From: Archangium sp.
Lineage (GTDB): Bacteria > Myxococcota > Myxococcia > Myxococcales > Myxococcaceae
Reading direction: 5' to 3'
Assembly (NCBI GenBank): GCA_031367385.1
Contig: JANLPS010000208.1
Coordinates: 2,721 to 66,720, forward strand
DNA length: 64,000 nt
Shown here one piece after another: positions 12,252 through 23,536 of the stretch (positions within the stretch are counted from its first letter, which is position 1; each line of letters opens with the position of its first letter). A program made the position numbers and the translations under genes. Under the pieces are notes generated by a model, which had not been told where the DNA came from, ran no database searches, and saw only the letters and a program-made list of their open reading frames with translations.

Positions 12252-12854
12252 ATGGGTCACGCAATGAGCTCAATCGCACTGAATACCCGGCAGGAAGTGG
12301 AGAGGCTCAAGGCTGAGCTGGAAGAATTGCGGCGCGAGAACGAGCGCTTGGCTGGCTTGGCCTACCGCGACGCCCTCACGGGGCTGCGCAATCGCCGCTT
12401 GTTCACTGAGCGCCTGTGCGAAGAGGTGAGCCGCCTGCAACGCGGGCGCAAGGCGGGCCTCTCAGTCGTCTGCGTCGACGTGAATGACTTCAAGCAGGTC
12501 AACGATGCGCGCGGTCACGCCGCTGGCGACGCCGCGTTGGTGGCGGTCGGTCAGTACCTCGAGTCGTTGACCCGCAGCTGCGATGTGGTGTGCCGGGTCG
12601 GGGGTGACGAGTTCGCGATTCTGCTGCCCGACTCCGACGCAACTCAATCGCAGCGCATCGTGAACCGCATTCGGGAGAGCCTCTCGACCCTCGAGACGGC
12701 CGGCCTGGGCAGCGAGCCCCTGGCGATGGGCATGGCGACGTTTCAAGAAGGTGACGACGAGCGGTGCTTGCTCGCCCGCGCCGACGACGAGATGTACGCA
12801 GACAAACGCCGCGCGCACGGCTCGCAGTCGGGCGTGTACGCGTCAGCGGCCTGA
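12252..12854 (+). CDS. GGDEF-domain diguanylate cyclase with N-terminal coiled coil
   Basis: Motifs YRDALTGLRNRRLF, DVNDFKQVNDARGHAAGD and RVGGDEFAILL (an intact GGDEF motif). Confidence 0.9.
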   Translation: MGHAMSSIALNTRQEVERLKAELEELRRENERLAGLAYRDALTGLRNRRLFTERLCEEVSRLQRGRKAGLSVVCVDVNDFKQVNDARGHAAGDAALVAVGQYLESLTRSCDVVCRVGGDEFAILLPDSDATQSQRIVNRIRESLSTLETAGLGSEPLAMGMATFQEGDDERCLLARADDEMYADKRRAHGSQSGVYASAA

Positions 12855-12862
12855 AGCCCTGG

Positions 12863-13828
12863 TTACTTGGCGGCTTTGACCGCTGCTCGCAGCTCGGGCA
12901 ACGCCTTGAACAAGTCAGCCACCAACCCGTAATCGGCGATTTGAAAAATCGGCGCCTCGGGGTCTTTGTTGACCGCGACGATGGTCTTCGAGCCCTTCAT
13001 GCCGGCGATGTGCTGAATCGCGCCCGAGATGCCCGCCGCGATGTACAGCGCCGGAGCGACCACTTTGCCCGTCTGCCCGACCTGCAAATCGTTCGGCTGC
13101 CAGCCCGCATCGCACACCGCGCGAGAGGCTCCGACGGCGGCGCCGAGCTCGTCGGCCAACGCGTCGACCTCTTTGAAGTCACCCTTGGTGCCACGCCCAC
13201 CCGAGACCACGATCTTCGCTTCGGTCAGCGCCGGCCGGGCCGACTTCACTTCTTTGAAACCCACGAACTTGGTCAACGTCTTCGCCGGAGCCACTGGAGC
13301 GAACGCCTTCACTTCTCCCGCGCCTGACTTCTCGGCCAGGGCGAACTCGGTCGCACGCACCGAGAAGCACTTCACCGCCGAGCTCAGCTTCACCGTGGCG
13401 ATGACCGCGCCAGCCCACATCGGGCGGCCGAAGGTGACGTCGGCTCCGCTGCCTTGCACCGACATGATGTCTGACGCCATCGCGGCCTTGAGCTTCGCGG
13501 CGATGCGCGGCAACACGTCTCGACCCGTCGCGGTCGCGGCGCCACCGACGTACTCGGCGTTGATGCTGGTCGCGAGCTCAGCCACCGCCGGCGCCACGTT
13601 CTCGGCCACGAAGTGCTCGAGGTGCGGAGCGCTCCCCGCGTGAACGACCTTCACGCCGTACTCTTTGACTGCGTTGGCGAGCGCCGAGGCATCTTTGCCG
13701 AGCGCCACCGCGTGCAGCTCTCCTCCGATGGCCTTGGCGACCTGCGCTCCGGCGGTCAGGGCATTCAACGTGGCCTTGCGGAGTGACCCGTCAGGCTGGG
13801 CTTCGACGACGATGAGAACGTTTCCCAT
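12863..13828 (-). CDS. etfA: Electron transfer flavoprotein alpha subunit
   Basis: C-terminal FAD-binding signature [46 protein letters not shown]. Adjacent to etfB. Confidence 0.95.
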   Translation of the reverse strand: MGNVLIVVEAQPDGSLRKATLNALTAGAQVAKAIGGELHAVALGKDASALANAVKEYGVKVVHAGSAPHLEHFVAENVAPAVAELATSINAEYVGGAATATGRDVLPRIAAKLKAAMASDIMSVQGSGADVTFGRPMWAGAVIATVKLSSAVKCFSVRATEFALAEKSGAGEVKAFAPVAPAKTLTKFVGFKEVKSARPALTEAKIVVSGGRGTKGDFKEVDALADELGAAVGASRAVCDAGWQPNDLQVGQTGKVVAPALYIAAGISGAIQHIAGMKGSKTIVAVNKDPEAPIFQIADYGLVADLFKALPELRAAVKAAK

Positions 13829-13849
13829 TTTGAATATCTCCCTTGAGCC

Positions 13850-14653
13850 TTAAATGACTTTTGCTTCGGTCTTGAGCTTGTCGACCAACGCGGCGACGTC
13901 GGGCACCTTGATGCCGGCCTTGCGCGCGGGGGGCAGCGCCATCTTGGTCACCGTCAGCTTGGGCGCCATGTCGACGCCCAGGGTCGCCGGGGTGAGCTCT
14001 TCAATCGGCTTGCTCTTCGCCTTCATGATGCCCGGCAGCGAGGCGTAGCGCGGCTGGTTGAGCCGCAGCTCGGTGGTCACGATGACGGGCATGGTGGCCT
14101 CGATGGTCTCGAGCCCACCGTCGACCTCGCGAATCACGGTCAGGGTCTTCGAATCGGCCGACAGCTTGATCGCCGGTTCTTTGGCCTTCTCTTGCGGCGA
14201 CTCGAGCGACTCTTCTTTCGACGCGAAGGTGGCCTGCGCCCAGCCGAGCCACTCGGCGAGGTACTGACCCACCTGATTCTGGTCGTCGTCGATGCTCTGC
14301 TTGCCCAACACGCACAGGTCGGGCTTCTCTTTTTCGACGACTTTCTGCAGGCAGGCGGCGACGCCCATCTGGTCCATCACGGCGGCATGATTAACCCAGA
14401 TGGCCTTGGTGGCCCCCATCGCCAAGGCATGGCGCAGCTGGTCTTGCACTTCTTTGCCGCCGACCGAGACGACGACCACTTCGCCGCCGTGCTTGGCCGA
14501 GAGCCGCAGCGCCTCTTCGACCGCGATCTCGTCGAACGGGTTGATCTTGTACTTGAGCCCCTCGAGCACGATGCCGGTGCCGGCCGGGTTCACTTTGATC
14601 TTCGACTCCGGGTCTTCGACGCGTTTCGCAGTGACGAGAATCTTCAAAGGCAT
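13850..14653 (-). CDS. etfB: Electron transfer flavoprotein beta subunit
   Basis: N-terminus MPLKILVTAKRVEDPESKIKVN, plus INPFDEIAVEEALRL and LCVLGKQSIDDDQNQVGQ. Confidence 0.95.
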   Translation of the reverse strand: MPLKILVTAKRVEDPESKIKVNPAGTGIVLEGLKYKINPFDEIAVEEALRLSAKHGGEVVVVSVGGKEVQDQLRHALAMGATKAIWVNHAAVMDQMGVAACLQKVVEKEKPDLCVLGKQSIDDDQNQVGQYLAEWLGWAQATFASKEESLESPQEKAKEPAIKLSADSKTLTVIREVDGGLETIEATMPVIVTTELRLNQPRYASLPGIMKAKSKPIEELTPATLGVDMAPKLTVTKMALPPARKAGIKVPDVAALVDKLKTEAKVI

Positions 14654-14711
14654 GGCTTTCAGGCTCCTGCTGACGATGAACGCAGCGCGTGACGCATTGC
14701 GTGTGCGAAAG

Positions 14712-14727
14712 TTGATTTACGCATCAA
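14712..14727. promoter_or_regulatory. Candidate operator TTGAT-N6-ATCAA upstream of etfB
   Basis: The inverted repeat TTGATTTACGCATCAA was read directly, about 60-75 nt upstream of the etfB start. The half-sites resemble CRP/FNR-type boxes, but the spacing is not the canonical FNR N4. Confidence 0.2.
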
Positions 14728-14783
14728 TGTTTGCGCCGGCAACGCTTTTCCCTTCGACGGGCTCAAGGCAGGCGCCCAGACGG

Positions 14784-15923
<1,140 letters not shown>

Positions 15924-16022
15924 GGCGGTTCAGATAGCACAGCAGAATTGACCTCAGTGCACGCGGGGCGAATACTGCGGCCCGGCCGAGCTGAACTTTC
16001 GAAGTCCAAGGGGTCTCCTTAC

Positions 16023-18197
16023 ATGGTGCGAGCTTCACGTTGCGTTTGTGTCGCGGTGGCGGTGTTCGTGTTTTCAGGGTGCGGGCCAGCCAAGGTCGAA
16101 CCCACGCTCGATGTCACCGCAAGGCCGCGCGCGGTCGATAACAAGGGCGGCAAGAGCACCATCACCGTCAGCGCGGTCGACGCGCTGGGCAAGGCGGGCA
16201 CCGGCAAGGTGACCGTGACCTCGAGCGTCGGCTCGCTCAAGGCCGGCGCAGACGCGACGCTCTCGGGCGGCAGCGCCGACTTCGAGTTCAGCTGCGACCT
16301 GAGCGCTGACGCCACCTGCGTCGGCTCGGCGAAAATCGACGCCTCGTGGTCGACGACCGACGGCGTGAAGGTCACCGCGCAGACCTCGATTTCAATCACC
16401 GCTCCGCCAGTGCCTGACGGGGGCAAGCCTGACGCAGGCACCGTGACGGGCGTGCTCGATGGCGGCACGTTTGGCGAGTACTCGATCGGCCTCATTTTTG
16501 AGAAGCCCGTCTTGCTCAAGATGACGGGTGATAAAATGACAGTGTCTGCCAAATTGGTGAAAACGGCGTCACCCGATGCGGGAGTTGCTGGTGCCACCGT
16601 GACGTTTTCAGCAAGCGGGGGCGCCTCTTTCGGAGCCGCCAACACGCCCACCGTGACCGCGGTGACTGATGCATCGGGTACCGCGACGGTTTCACTTCTG
16701 GTCGACAAAGCTGCTGGGGTGACCACCGTGACCGCCGCTGCGTTTGACGCGACCGCGTACCAACAGATCTCCGTGGTGAATGCGGTGAAGATCAAGTGGC
16801 TCGACGGTGACACGCGCACCAAGACAACGTTGACGGTGAGGAGCACTGGTGTCGACTCTTCGACCAATGCCTACTTCAAGGTCACCGATGCGTTTGATTT
16901 GCCAGTCGTCGGAGTGGACGTCTCTTTTTCGATTCGCGCAGGGTCACCGGCAGGGTCAATCGTCACTCCCTCGGCGCGCACCAACTCCGACGGAATTGCG
17001 CAAGCGAATCTCGCCACCGGGGAGGCGGCCGGGTTGATCACGGTACAAGCCGTCGTGTCGGCGAGTGAGCTCATCGCCGACGCGCTTTTTACGGTCGTGC
17101 TGGGCCGTGCCTCAGATGGTCGGTTTGACCTCTCGTGTTCACGAAAGACCCTCGGGGCCATGCAGATACAGAATCCGCCTCGAACTGATCAATCGACAGA
17201 CTGTAAGGCGAGCTTTACAGATAGATCAGGCAACGACCTTCCTTTCGCCATCGACGTCAGCTGGCTCTCCGAGGCCGGCACCGTTCCTTCAATGAGCCGG
17301 TCAGATCAGAGCCGACGAACCGCCACCATCAACTTCTCCACCACTCCTGGCTTACCGGTGGAGACGGCCCCTCTCTTGGGAGAACCGTCAAATGGTCCTA
17401 AGAACCCGCGAGACATGTTCGTGACCATCGTGGCCGCCATGAAGGGCGAGGAGCAATTCTGGGACGGGTCCGGCAACGGAGTTCAAAACGGGGCCTGGGA
17501 CCCCGGAGAGTGGTTCGTCGACCTGCCCGAGCCTTTCGCTGACATGAATGACGACGGCACTTGGAACCCCGGCGAGCCGTACCTGAATACCGAGCACATT
17601 GACTGCGTCACGCATCAGAAGCTTGTCGAGCCTCCACAGCCGAAATGGGACGGCCCGAATGGTTGCTGGGATGGAGACACGACCATCTGGCGCGCGACTC
17701 ACGTCGCCTATACGACCGGTTTTTCGATCATCGAATTCAGCCCGCCGACGACGATGCTCAATGACTCGATGCAAATCGTGCCGTATCGGCTCTACGACGC
17801 ATTTTACAATCGTGTCTCAAACGACATGGTGTCGGTGTCCGGCTCTAACTTTTCGAATGGCAGAGGCAGCATCGCAGTCAATGCCCCGAACCTCGGCGAG
17901 AATTTCGGTCAAGATCTCGAGTACTACACGCCCAAGGGCACGCAGCAGAGCGATGGAGGCATTGTGTTTACCGGCACCTGCACCATCGTCGGTGTGCCAG
18001 CGGCCGGTGAACGATGCTTTCGCGGCTACCGCTTCAACTCCTGGAAATCCGCTCCGACATCCGGAACTGTACTCTTGACCGCTCCCCCCCCGAATGCGCC
18101 CGAGCAGCCGAGCACCACGACGTTTCAGATCACGGCCGGCAATTCGCTCGAGGCGGGCACTGTTAAGTACCCGTTCTCGGTGTTCTTCCCGAAATAA
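16023..18197 (+). CDS. Lipoprotein with bacterial Ig-like (Big/invasin-type) repeats and an uncharacterised C-terminal domain
   Basis: ATG at 16023. Lipobox VFVFSGC. Repeated STITVSAVDALGKAG / ATVSLLVDKAAG / ITVQAVVS patterns typical of Big_1-type domains. The upstream part of the 1265-aa ORF overlaps etfB and the acyl-CoA dehydrogenase gene and is spurious. Confidence 0.8.
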   Translation: MVRASRCVCVAVAVFVFSGCGPAKVEPTLDVTARPRAVDNKGGKSTITVSAVDALGKAGTGKVTVTSSVGSLKAGADATLSGGSADFEFSCDLSADATCVGSAKIDASWSTTDGVKVTAQTSISITAPPVPDGGKPDAGTVTGVLDGGTFGEYSIGLIFEKPVLLKMTGDKMTVSAKLVKTASPDAGVAGATVTFSASGGASFGAANTPTVTAVTDASGTATVSLLVDKAAGVTTVTAAAFDATAYQQISVVNAVKIKWLDGDTRTKTTLTVRSTGVDSSTNAYFKVTDAFDLPVVGVDVSFSIRAGSPAGSIVTPSARTNSDGIAQANLATGEAAGLITVQAVVSASELIADALFTVVLGRASDGRFDLSCSRKTLGAMQIQNPPRTDQSTDCKASFTDRSGNDLPFAIDVSWLSEAGTVPSMSRSDQSRRTATINFSTTPGLPVETAPLLGEPSNGPKNPRDMFVTIVAAMKGEEQFWDGSGNGVQNGAWDPGEWFVDLPEPFADMNDDGTWNPGEPYLNTEHIDCVTHQKLVEPPQPKWDGPNGCWDGDTTIWRATHVAYTTGFSIIEFSPPTTMLNDSMQIVPYRLYDAFYNRVSNDMVSVSGSNFSNGRGSIAVNAPNLGENFGQDLEYYTPKGTQQSDGGIVFTGTCTIVGVPAAGERCFRGYRFNSWKSAPTSGTVLLTAPPPNAPEQPSTTTFQITAGNSLEAGTVKYPFSVFFPK

Positions 18198-18201
18198 GGG
18201 C

Positions 18202-18852
18202 TCACTTCGGCTTCGGCACCTTCTCCCAGTCGGCCAAGAACTTCTTGAGGCCGGCATCGGTGAGCGGGTGCTGCGCCAGCTGCTGAATCACGTTCAATGG
18301 CACGGTGCACACGTCGGCGCCGATCAGCGCTGACTGCAGCACGTGCACCGGGTGACGAACGCTGGCGACCAAGACCTGCGTCTTGAAGCCGTAGTTCTTG
18401 TAGATGGTGACGATCTCTTTGATCAGCCCCATGCCGTCTTGCGAGATGTCGTCGAGGCGGCCGACGAAGGGCGAGATGTAGGTCGCTCCGGCTTTGGCGG
18501 CGAGCAGGGCCTGGTTGGCCGAGAAGCACAGCGTCACGTTGGTGCGAATGCCGTCGGCGGTGAGCTTCTTGACCGCCTTCATACCCTCGGTGCCCATCGG
18601 TATCTTGACGACGACGTTCGGGTGAATCTTCGCCAGCTTGCCGCCCTCAGCGATCATCTCGGGTCCCGTCAACGAGACGACCTCGGCCGAGATGGGCCCG
18701 TCGACGATGCTACAGATTTCTTTGATGGTCTCTTCGAGCCCGCGGCCGACCTTCGCCAACAGCGAGGGGTTGGTGGTCACCCCGTCGATGACTCCCATGT
18801 CGTTCGCGGTGCGAATGTCTTTGACGTCTGCGCTATCGATAAAGAATTTCAT
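18202..18852 (-). CDS. fsa: Short-type transaldolase / fructose-6-phosphate aldolase
   Basis: [31 protein letters not shown]...VVKIP (Schiff-base Lys region). The 216-aa length is typical of this subfamily. Confidence 0.95.
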   Translation of the reverse strand: MKFFIDSADVKDIRTANDMGVIDGVTTNPSLLAKVGRGLEETIKEICSIVDGPISAEVVSLTGPEMIAEGGKLAKIHPNVVVKIPMGTEGMKAVKKLTADGIRTNVTLCFSANQALLAAKAGATYISPFVGRLDDISQDGMGLIKEIVTIYKNYGFKTQVLVASVRHPVHVLQSALIGADVCTVPLNVIQQLAQHPLTDAGLKKFLADWEKVPKPK

Positions 18853-18963
18853 CTGTTTGGCTCACTTTCTGGCTGCGTTTTGGGCCTCGTCTACCCCACG
18901 CGCAAGCCTCGATTTTTCATGAGGTCTTGAGAACCCTCAATAAAGTCATATAGACTCAATTAC

Positions 18964-19536
18964 ATGAACGACGCGCTCCGAGAACGACTGAGGGCTGGCG
19001 GCCCCCTGCTGTGGGTGGTGCCCGATGTGCTGAGCCCCAGTGAATGCACCGAGCTGATGGCGAGAATCGATGCCGCGGGCCCGACGGCTGCACCGGTGAC
19101 GACCTCCCGGGGCATGGTGATGATGCCCGAGCTTCGAAACAACGAGCGGGTGATGTTCGACGACCTGGCGCTGGCGAAGCTGCTCTATCGGCGGGTCGAG
19201 TCGTCGTTGCCGACCAAGGTGCTGCGTCGGGTGCCGGTCGGAGCCAACGAGCGACTCCGGTGCTATCGCTACCAGCCCGGTCAGTACTTCGCGCCACACT
19301 TCGATGGGTGTTTTCGACGCAGCGATGAAGAAGAAAGCGAGCTGACGTTGATGGTCTACCTCAACGATGATTTCGGCGGCGGAGAGACCACCTTCAATGA
19401 CCTCGAGCACTCGGTCAGGCCGGTGCGCGGCTCGGCCTTGCTGTTCTTTCATACCCAGCGGCATGAGGGCTGCGCGGTGACCAGCGGCGTCAAGTACGTG
19501 GTGCGATCTGACGTGATGTACCGCGCGCGCTTCTAA
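18964..19536 (+). CDS. 2OG-Fe(II) oxygenase, prolyl 4-hydroxylase-like
   Basis: Motif CYRYQPGQYFAPHFDG (HxD), then LTLMVYLNDDFGGGETTF, a distal His in FFHTQRHEG, and VKYVVRSDVMY. Confidence 0.85.
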   Translation: MNDALRERLRAGGPLLWVVPDVLSPSECTELMARIDAAGPTAAPVTTSRGMVMMPELRNNERVMFDDLALAKLLYRRVESSLPTKVLRRVPVGANERLRCYRYQPGQYFAPHFDGCFRRSDEEESELTLMVYLNDDFGGGETTFNDLEHSVRPVRGSALLFFHTQRHEGCAVTSGVKYVVRSDVMYRARF

Positions 19537-19580
19537 GGGCCCCCTTACCGAGGCGCTCAGGTGCGACGATTTCGTTCGCA

Positions 19581-20633
19581 ATGCACGAGGCTCCGGGTCT
19601 ACAGGCTGGGGCCTTCATGCCTGGCCGCAAGCGCGCTCCGAAAGCCTCACTCTCACGCTCGACAGCGGCCGCCCAGGTGGCGTGGGCGCGCACCGTGCTC
19701 GAGACCGAGGCCCGCGCCATCTCATCGCTGCGCGCGAGGCTCAACGGCCCGTTCGTCGAAGCGCTCGAGCTGTTGCGCTCGGTCAAGGGCCGCATCGTGG
19801 TCACCGGCATCGGCAAGCCCGGCTTCATCGCGCAGAAGTTCTCGGCGACCCTCGCGTCAATCGGTACCCCCTCGCTCTACCTGCACCCCGCCGAGGCGGC
19901 CCACGGCGACCTGGGCCGGGTGGTCAAAGGTGACGTGGTGGTCGCGCTTTCGAATTCAGGCGCGACCGAAGAGCTGGTTCGGCTGTTGGTGCCCCTGCGC
20001 CGCATCGGCGTGCAGCTGTTGGTGCTGACCGGAGACTCGAAATCTCCGCTGGCGATGGCCGCCGACGTGGTCATCGACATCGGGGTCATCGACGAAGCGT
20101 GCCCCATTGGCCTGGTGCCGACCGCGTCATCGGCCGCCCTGCATGCGATGTGCGACGCGCTGGCGATGACCCTGGCCTGGCGCGCGCAGCTGACCGCCGA
20201 GGGGTACGCGCGCTACCACCCCGGTGGCACGCTCGGGCGCTCGGTCTCGAAGGTCAGCGAGCTGATGCGACGCGGCGAAGCCAACCCGGTGGTGCGTGAG
20301 AGCGCGTTGCTCTCACAGGTGCTGGCGGTGATGACCAAGACGCCCGGTCGCCCTGGCGCGGCGCTGGTGGTCGACGCACAGGGGCGGTTGATCGGCATCT
20401 TCACCGATGGTGACCTGCGGCGCCTGGCCGAGCAGCAGCGGCTCGATGTGAAGACCCCCGTGCGCGAAGTGATGGCCCGAAGGCCGCGCTGGGTGAGCCC
20501 CGATGACCTGGTGCTCTCGGCCACCGCGATCATGCGAGAGGCCAAGGTTGATCAGCTGCCGGTGCTCGACACCGAGGGTCGGCCGGTGGGGCTGCTCGAC
20601 GTACAAGACCTCCTCGCGAATCGACTGGTGTAG
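19581..20633 (+). CDS. kdsD: KpsF/GutQ family arabinose-5-phosphate isomerase (SIS + tandem CBS domains)
   Basis: SIS motif GRIVVTGIGKPGFIAQKFSATLASIGTPS...HGDLG, and the C-terminal CBS pair. The start could alternatively be the ATG at 19617. Confidence 0.9.
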   Translation: MHEAPGLQAGAFMPGRKRAPKASLSRSTAAAQVAWARTVLETEARAISSLRARLNGPFVEALELLRSVKGRIVVTGIGKPGFIAQKFSATLASIGTPSLYLHPAEAAHGDLGRVVKGDVVVALSNSGATEELVRLLVPLRRIGVQLLVLTGDSKSPLAMAADVVIDIGVIDEACPIGLVPTASSAALHAMCDALAMTLAWRAQLTAEGYARYHPGGTLGRSVSKVSELMRRGEANPVVRESALLSQVLAVMTKTPGRPGAALVVDAQGRLIGIFTDGDLRRLAEQQRLDVKTPVREVMARRPRWVSPDDLVLSATAIMREAKVDQLPVLDTEGRPVGLLDVQDLLANRLV

Positions 20634-20717
20634 CATCACTGACCACATCATTTCGTTGGCCGGCGTGGGGCACTTCTCTTCGAAATGATCGACCGCGGCG
20701 GTTAGTGTTCGGCTCCC

Positions 20718-23419
20718 GTGACGACCTCCACCAGCGCCTCGACGTCGAAGTCGACATTGGCGACCCTCACGGTGCTGGGGCGCTTGCGCGACACGCCGCA
20801 TTTATGGGTCTTCGTCACGGTCTGCGCGCTGCTGGTCGCGCTGGCGACGCTCCAACTGTCGTCGGTGCGAAAAGATTTGAACTCGGCCCAGGTCGGGTTT
20901 GACATTCAGCGGCGCAGCGGCGCGCTGATCGGCACGCACGATTCGCGGTGGCAGGGAGTCGAGACGGGCGACGAGCTGGTGTCGTTGAACCACATCGAAA
21001 TCACCAGCGAGAACTTCTTCGACGTGCGCACGAGCGTGACCGTCGGTCAGCCGGTGACCCTGCAGCTCGAGCGAGACGGCGTGCCGTTCGAGGTCACGGC
21101 CGAGGCGACTCCCATCAGCGTCATCTCGGCGCTGGCCTTCATCATGCGCTGGCTGACCGGCGTGCTGTTGTACATGCTCGGGGCGGGCATCTTTTTGCTT
21201 CGCCCCGGCGCCAAGCTGAGCTGGTTGTTTTTCATCTTTCTGAGCGAGGTCGGGAGCCTCGTGCTCATCATGCAGGGGTTCCCGGTGCCGATTGGGGTGA
21301 CCTTCGCGTTTATCGGCGCTCTCTTTCTCACTGCGCCGGTCGTCGGCTTTCACTTCTTCGCACTCTTTCCGACCGAGCTGTCGGTCTCGCGCTTCGCTCG
21401 ATATCTGTACGCCTTGAACTTCGTTGCCTTCGCCGTGAACATCGGGCTGCAATTCAAATTTGGCGGAGCCTCAGTGGCTTCGACGAGCCTGATTCGCTTC
21501 TTCAGCGTGGTCAGCGGCCTCCCGGTCTTCGCGACGGTGACCTACCAGTTCATCAGGGCCCGGCGGCTCAAAGACCCGCGGCTGGCCAGCGTCACCAAGT
21601 CATTGCTGATCGCGACCGTCGGCGGTCTGATGATACCGCTGCTGTCAAACACGGCCGTTCGGGCCCTTGGCATCGAAGGCGGCATCGCGCACCAGATCAC
21701 CGCCATCGCCGTGCTCTTCTTCGCCGTCACCACCGCGATGACCCTGGTGCGCCACAACCCACTCGAGATCGACCGGTACGCTGCGTCGGTCGTCGGCTAC
21801 GTGGTGACGCTCGGCGGGCTGGGCGGCGTCTTCGTGCTGATGTTGTTCACCCTGCCGCTGGTGCTCAAGCGGCTCGGCGTCGCGAACAACTCAGAGCTTT
21901 TGGTCGGGCTCACTGCCCTGACCTTCATCTCGGTGGGGCCGGTGTACCGGCGAATGCGCAAGGCGGTCGACAAGTGGTTCTCGCGCGAGCAGGCCGACGC
22001 GCTCAAGACCTCAGAAGTGCTGCGCAGAATCGGAGACGCGGTGCAGAACGAGTCGCGCGAGCGCAGCCTTTCGCACATCGTCGACGCCGCTCTGGTCATC
22101 GGCGCAGACCAGGCCGCGCTGTGGCAAATCGACGCCTCGGGGCGCTCGCTGCACCGGGTGGTCTTCAAGAACGCAAGCCCGACATGCCCTTCGTCGCCCG
22201 CGAAGGCCCGATTGAACGAGCGCTCGAGAAGCCCTGCGGCGTCTCGGGGTTGGGGCCGCCGCGCCTGCCGACCGAGACCCAGCAGGCGGTGTGGGAGCTG
22301 GGCATCGCGATGTCGGCTCCAGTGCGGGCGCATGGGGTACCGGTGGGCTTCTTGGGGGTGGGCCGCCGAAGCTCGGGCTTCGGCTACCGTGACGAAGATC
22401 TCTCGTTTCTCGAGACCCTCGCCTCGCAAGCGGGCCTGGCGATGGAGCGCGGCGAGGTCATCACCCAAATCGGCCGCTACCGCGTCGAGAAGCGCCTCGC
22501 GCAGGGCGGCATGGCCGAGGTCTTCGTTGCCTGGCAGTTGGGGCCCGGCGGCTTCGAGCGAAAAGTGGCGCTCAAGCGCCTGCTGCCAGAGCTCGCCGAA
22601 GACCCGACCTCGGCGGCGGGGTTGCTCGACGAGGCCCGAATCACCGCGCGCCTGCAGCACCAGAACATCGCCCAGGTCTACGAGGTCGGCCTCGAGGCAG
22701 GGCAGCACTTCATCGCGATGGAGTTCGTCGACGGGCCGCCTCTGCGAGCCCTCGTCTCGAATCAAAAGCGCGGCGGCAGCCCGACCCCTTTGCCGATTGC
22801 GCTCAGCGTCGCCCAGGGCCTGCTCTCAGCCTTGGATCATGCGCACCAGCTCCACGATGCCGGCGGCGCGCACTTGCACGTGGTGCACCGCGACGTCACT
22901 CCGGCCAACGTGCTGGTCTCGAACCGCGGAGAAACCAAGCTGGTCGACTTCGGCCTGGTGATGGCGAGCACGCGGCTCTTCAAGACCCAGACCGGTGTGG
23001 CGCGCGGCACGGTGCCGTTCATGAGCCCTGAGCAAGCGATTCACGACGACGCCATCGACCTGCGCTCAGACGTCTACAGCGCGGGCGCGACGCTCTACGA
23101 GCTGTTCACCAACGAGCGCGCTTTTCCTGAAGGGCCCAATGGGTCGAAGCCGCTACCGATTTCACGCGCGAACCCGCTGCTGCCCGACGCCCTCGACGCG
23201 GTGTTCACGCGGGCGACGGCCGTGCGGGCCGATGAGCGCTTCGCGACCGCCGGTGCGTTCTGGGAAGCGATTCGCGCGGCGACGATGCCGACACCCGTGG
23301 CCCCGCCAGCCGAGGTGGCCACCTGGGTCGCGCTCAATCGCGCGCAGCCCGAGCTCAAGGTGAAGGCGCTCGAGGGCACCCGGTCATTGGCGGTGCCCAC
23401 CGACTCGAACGCGAAGTGA
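20718..23419 (+). pseudogene. PDZ / polytopic membrane / GAF / Ser-Thr protein kinase, disrupted by a 1-nt frameshift near 22174-22175
   Basis: ORF 20718-22961 matches the downstream paralog only up to ...LWQIDASGRSLHRVVFKNA. ORF 20948-23419, in the frame one nt back, matches it from KPDMPFVAREGPIERAL... through the GAF and kinase domains. Joining the two reconstitutes a protein of about 900 aa that is colinear with 23537-26239. Confidence 0.8.
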
Positions 23420-23536
23420 AGCAAGGGCTCGTAACCGCTCGCTACAGTGGGTAATCGAATGTCGCTGCTCAGCGCACACTCACTGCGTCAAATCAGTTGA
23501 ATCGACCGGTACGCCTCGTTCGCTAGACTGCCGGGA

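Noticed and set aside
20647-20689. Inverted repeat ATCATTTCG ... CGAAATGAT between kdsD and the first kinase gene
   Set aside because: The arms are only 9 bp with a 25-nt loop and no T-tract. That is too weak to call either a terminator or an operator.
20948-22174. N-terminal part of the 823-aa ORF 20948-23419
   Set aside because: The out-of-frame Arg/Pro/Gly-rich translation overlaps the genuine sensor half of the kinase gene. Only the part downstream of about 22175 matches the paralog.
22160-22190. Programmed -1 ribosomal frameshift as the explanation for the split kinase
   Set aside because: No X XXY YYZ slippery heptamer or homopolymer run is present at the junction, and I saw no obvious downstream pseudoknot-forming stem. 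A mutation or a sequencing error is more parsimonious.
22175-22961. C-terminal tail of ORF 20718-22961 after the frameshift point
   Set aside because: It stays open only because of GC bias. The Ser/Arg/Pro/Ala-rich sequence has no similarity to the paralog.
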